The translations under genes and the position numbers were made by a program. From Macrostomum lignano (taxonomy: Eukaryota), in NCBI GenBank assembly GCA_002269645.1, contig NIVC01000175.1, positions 372,001-436,000 on the forward strand: DNA of 64,000 bases, read 5' to 3'. This document shows, piece after piece, positions 60,665 through 64,000 of this stretch (positions within the stretch are counted from its first letter, which is position 1; each line of letters begins with the position of its first letter). The notes below the pieces were generated by a model, which ran no database searches, was not told the DNA's origin, and was given only the letters and a program-made list of their open reading frames with translations.

Positions 60665-61990
60665 ATTTGATTGTCCAATTTATGAAATCTTTCGCTGCAG
60701 CGAATGCTCTTGGCTTTTTAATATTTTTTGTCAAAGATAAATTTATGCTCTTTCTATACCTGTCGCTTCGTTGACAAGCTGACAAAAAGTACCGTGTGGA
60801 GCGTACAAGACTTAAAAGCGCACGTTTTATGTGTCCAGCTGTCTAAACCCTTACAGCGTGAGATTGGATAGAGTACTAGCAATATAGCAGTATAAGATAG
60901 TTAATGACGAAAATGCTAGAAATATCCGACGACCCTTTATAACACGGACCTAGCAAAGCGATAAAGCGATAAAATGATGTCATGATGCTATCAAGCAGTG
61001 CAGAGTAGTTTGTTTTATTTTTAAAGTAAGCATTCTTTTTTCTTACACAACATAGGGTTAAACATGGGGGTAGAAATATTCGTGGAGTAGACAGAAGAAT
61101 TAGCAGAGAAAAATGAAAAGCTCCATATAGGTTAAGACTGGCTCATATCAATTTCGTACAGTTGTATATTGTCTACAAAAGAAACTATTTTAGCAACTAT
61201 GCAACAACAGAGAAATGTAATCAATATGCATAAGTGTGTGCATAAAATCAACTCTAACTATCAGCCACAACGAGTGCATATTATTTCTGTTAATAAAAAT
61301 TTACTTCTTTAAATGTAACTCTTCCGTCAAAAAACACAGAAATTTAATGAAGGAATCTCGCTGTTAGTAGTATGCCAAGTAAACATCATCGTTGTAGTCG
61401 CTTTTGCGTATCTTTCTTTCAAGGAAAAGTCGTTCGGAGCTTCTTGTGGACACTTCTTTGATTTTTATTAGGATTTTGTGCCAGAGAAGTAGACTGAAAG
61501 GTTGTGAGAGGAATATGTGGATATAAAAAGATAATGACCAAAAAATAAAAAAATACCCATCTCGAAATTCTTGCTTTTTTGGTTTTGTCCCCTATCCTGA
61601 AGTACATGGCGACGCCCCTGATGTACGTATACTATACACGTCGTTTGTATTCCACAATACGAACGTATTGAATTTAAGCCTCCGCAATACCAGGTAGACA
61701 ATAGGATGGTGAAATAAATTTACAATTCAGCAACAAACAGTTGCTTCTGTCACGTCGCATCTCCAGACGCTTCATTTAATAGACCAACTAAGCGCGTGAG
61801 GGGTGGAATGCCTCTTCAATCTTTTTTTTCTCTCTCTCTTCCCCTGTTCCGAATCTGGGTCAGTCTGAGTCTCAACTTTTTCTACCAAATATAGGGACGT
61901 CGTTGCGCGGACATCCGAGGGGCAAGAAAAATCGCGTGGTTTTCGTACTTGAACGAACGTTACTGGCACGCAATCGAGTGCTACTAGGAT

Positions 61991-63400
61991 CTAATGTAAT
62001 ACTCGTACGCTCGAGGTACGTCCCAATACGTGACTTACCGCTGGAAATGTGCACGTAGGCATTTCGCTGTCCGAATGGTAGCCAGCTTCTTCATTTCTGT
62101 CAGCTGGAGCCTCGACGCCAGCGCTCGTTCCGTTGATGGCAGGATTAACTGCTACGGCCGCCGCTGTAGCCATCCTGACTGGACGACGGGTAGCATATAC
62201 GGCTCTCCCATCCCTTCGGTTGTTGCCAAGCAGGCGGAGACTCAAATGCTGGGCAGAGACACGAGTTCGACGCTGCAGGTCGGACAGGGTTCGCGTCGAA
62301 TTGCGTCTGACCGCCCTGAGCCGACAGGCGTAGAGCAGTGGGTTCAACAGTGTGTACGCGACCATGAGCAGCTCCAGGTAGTGGTCCAGCCTCTCGTGCT
62401 TCATCAAACTGTCCAATAGACTCTCGAGTTGGCGCCTGTTTTGAGCATGCAAGAAGTTGGTGGCAAACTGGGCGATGAAGAACGGCAGGAAGAGAGCGTA
62501 GAACTGTAGCAGGATGGCGATTGCAGTGAGCACTCCTCGTTGATTATGCCGCTGCAGGCTCAGCGCTCGGTTGCTCCTGTTAAGCCGCATCACCCGGTAG
62601 ATGGTGGCGATGATGCGGCTGTAGCAGAAGGTCACCGTGGCGCAGGAGGCAACGAACACGCAAAGGACAATCTGCAGGCTGTTGAAATTCACGGCGCTTC
62701 TACCGACACAGCAGAAGGCGGTGCTGAAACCGGCGTCAATCTCTTTACGGCAAATTCTGCGCAAGCTGAACAACTCTTCGTCATCTTGAATAGTTAAGTT
62801 GGTACTGTTGACCCTCGTCAGGCGCAATGTCAGGTAGCTGTGGTAAAGGACAGGCAGAAGACCAAACACGGCGGAGACAGCACAGCTGCCAACTAACAAT
62901 CCACGCATGTACCGAACAATAAAAGCAGTTCGATAGGACAGAGCTCGATTAACGAATAGGTATAGATCGACAGCAATCAGGGTCAGAGTGAACAGAGTGA
63001 CACTATGCGAAGATCGAAGGCTTTCTTGAGTCAGGTAGCTCAGACAGAAACCTTGAGGTTGCTGCGACACTTCAGAGGTTGCATTGAGGGACAGTTCCTG
63101 TGGGCTGGAAATGTTACTAGACAGTCGAATTTTTATCGGGATGTACTTTAAATCAACTCCTAGGCGGCTGCTTTCCATGTGCTGCTTGAAGCTTAGGTCC
63201 GATATGACCAGGAGAGCGGTAACAGCGTCCGTCAGAAGCAGGTGTCTTATCAACAGAAGATTGTAGATGGAGGCGCTGCTGACACAGCGAATGCCGCGCA
63301 ACACGTAGAAGATCCAGGCGTTCAACAGGACGCTCAGGCTGCACACTGCGAAAGAAGCGTGGCCTAGGATCTCGGGTTCCGAAGCAGTTGAAGCAGACAT
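61991..63400 (-). CDS. Orphan class A (rhodopsin-like) GPCR, 469 aa, coding region intronless
   Basis: Seven hydrophobic segments; TM1 Asn (LLNAW), TM2 Asp (LLLTD), TM3 AVDLY, TM5 Tyr (FCYSRI), TM6 Pro (LFLP), TM7 NPLLY. A 5'-UTR intron 63507-63405 has consensus sites and an in-frame TAA just upstream. Confidence 0.9.
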   Translation of the reverse strand: MSASTASEPEILGHASFAVCSLSVLLNAWIFYVLRGIRCVSSASIYNLLLIRHLLLTDAVTALLVISDLSFKQHMESSRLGVDLKYIPIKIRLSSNISSPQELSLNATSEVSQQPQGFCLSYLTQESLRSSHSVTLFTLTLIAVDLYLFVNRALSYRTAFIVRYMRGLLVGSCAVSAVFGLLPVLYHSYLTLRLTRVNSTNLTIQDDEELFSLRRICRKEIDAGFSTAFCCVGRSAVNFNSLQIVLCVFVASCATVTFCYSRIIATIYRVMRLNRSNRALSLQRHNQRGVLTAIAILLQFYALFLPFFIAQFATNFLHAQNRRQLESLLDSLMKHERLDHYLELLMVAYTLLNPLLYACRLRAVRRNSTRTLSDLQRRTRVSAQHLSLRLLGNNRRDGRAVYATRRPVRMATAAAVAVNPAINGTSAGVEAPADRNEEAGYHSDSEMPTCTFPAVSHVLGRTSSVRVLH

Positions 63401-64000
63401 GGATCTGGGGATACTAATTAATGGGGAAGATTGGTCAGATAATTAGGTTGGCTTGTATGAGCACTGAAAAAGCATAAATACGACCCATCACCCACTAGTA
63501 TACTTACCCTTATTGCTGTAGCAGTAACTGCAGTAACTCACAAGGCTTGAAGGAGAAATGGGAAGAATCGTCACGAATCGAGCTAGCGACTATGGAAGGT
63601 TTGAGGCTTCTTTGCGTCCCTCTCTGGTCTCTCTTTCTTATTCGAAATGAGCTGGCTAGCTAAACCAAGTAATCCCGTCTTTCAGCCAATGAGGAAGCTC
63701 TAGAAGCTGATGTAGGAGAGAACCAGATCCCTGTTTCCAATTAAATGTAAGCCCCCGTGGATTTTCGGCAGAGATTTTACTTCAAGATTAGGGCTTTTCC
63801 TTAAAGTCAGGAAGCCGCTGATGAGAAAGGTACAAGGCGCCACTTTAATGAACTTGAGAATAAAGAAACATCTTTTCTGCAACACAAAAAATCGAAGCTC
63901 CTGATTCAGTTGTCATGTGGCAAACTGATAAATCTAAATAGCCTACCAAAATGCAAGCTTCAAAGTTCTTCTGATTATTGCCTGGGTACACTTGCACCGA

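Noticed and set aside
47906-63344. Plus-strand ORFs opposite the kinase, ankyrin and GPCR genes (e.g. 47906..48301, 55601..55945, 62030..62419)
   Set aside because: Antisense shadows of real coding exons with no independent features.

Overview
Eukaryotic (metazoan) genomic DNA with GT-AG introns and the standard code. The dense minisatellites and gene repertoire resemble a free-living flatworm such as Macrostomum, but this is inference, not an identification. The left part (1-37 kb) is about one third tandem repeat. It carries an intronless, strongly degenerate SLC6/NSS-like transporter gene (+), a two-exon UPF0658-like multipass membrane protein gene (+) bracketed by inverted copies of one minisatellite family, and an intact five-exon Polo-like kinase 1 gene (-, 639 aa) whose four introns each hold a different tandem repeat. 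A sharply bounded CpG-depleted block follows (37.4-41.9 kb), then promoter-like or TE-like islands. The right part (47-61 kb, minus strand) is a tandem cluster of ankyrin-repeat/MAP3K(STE11)-like kinase genes sharing intron positions: one intact, one with a single TAG where a paralog has TGG, and one apparent dual-kinase fusion with a lesion. Inside the cluster lies a young 1,279-bp P-element-family transposon (146-bp TIRs starting CATGGATGAATAATATAA, perfect 8-bp TSD) encoding only a THAP-domain protein, like a KP-type repressor. An orphan class A GPCR with DLY in place of DRY ends the window. No rRNA, tRNA or CRISPR array was recognised. All coordinates, splice sites and counts were read by eye.
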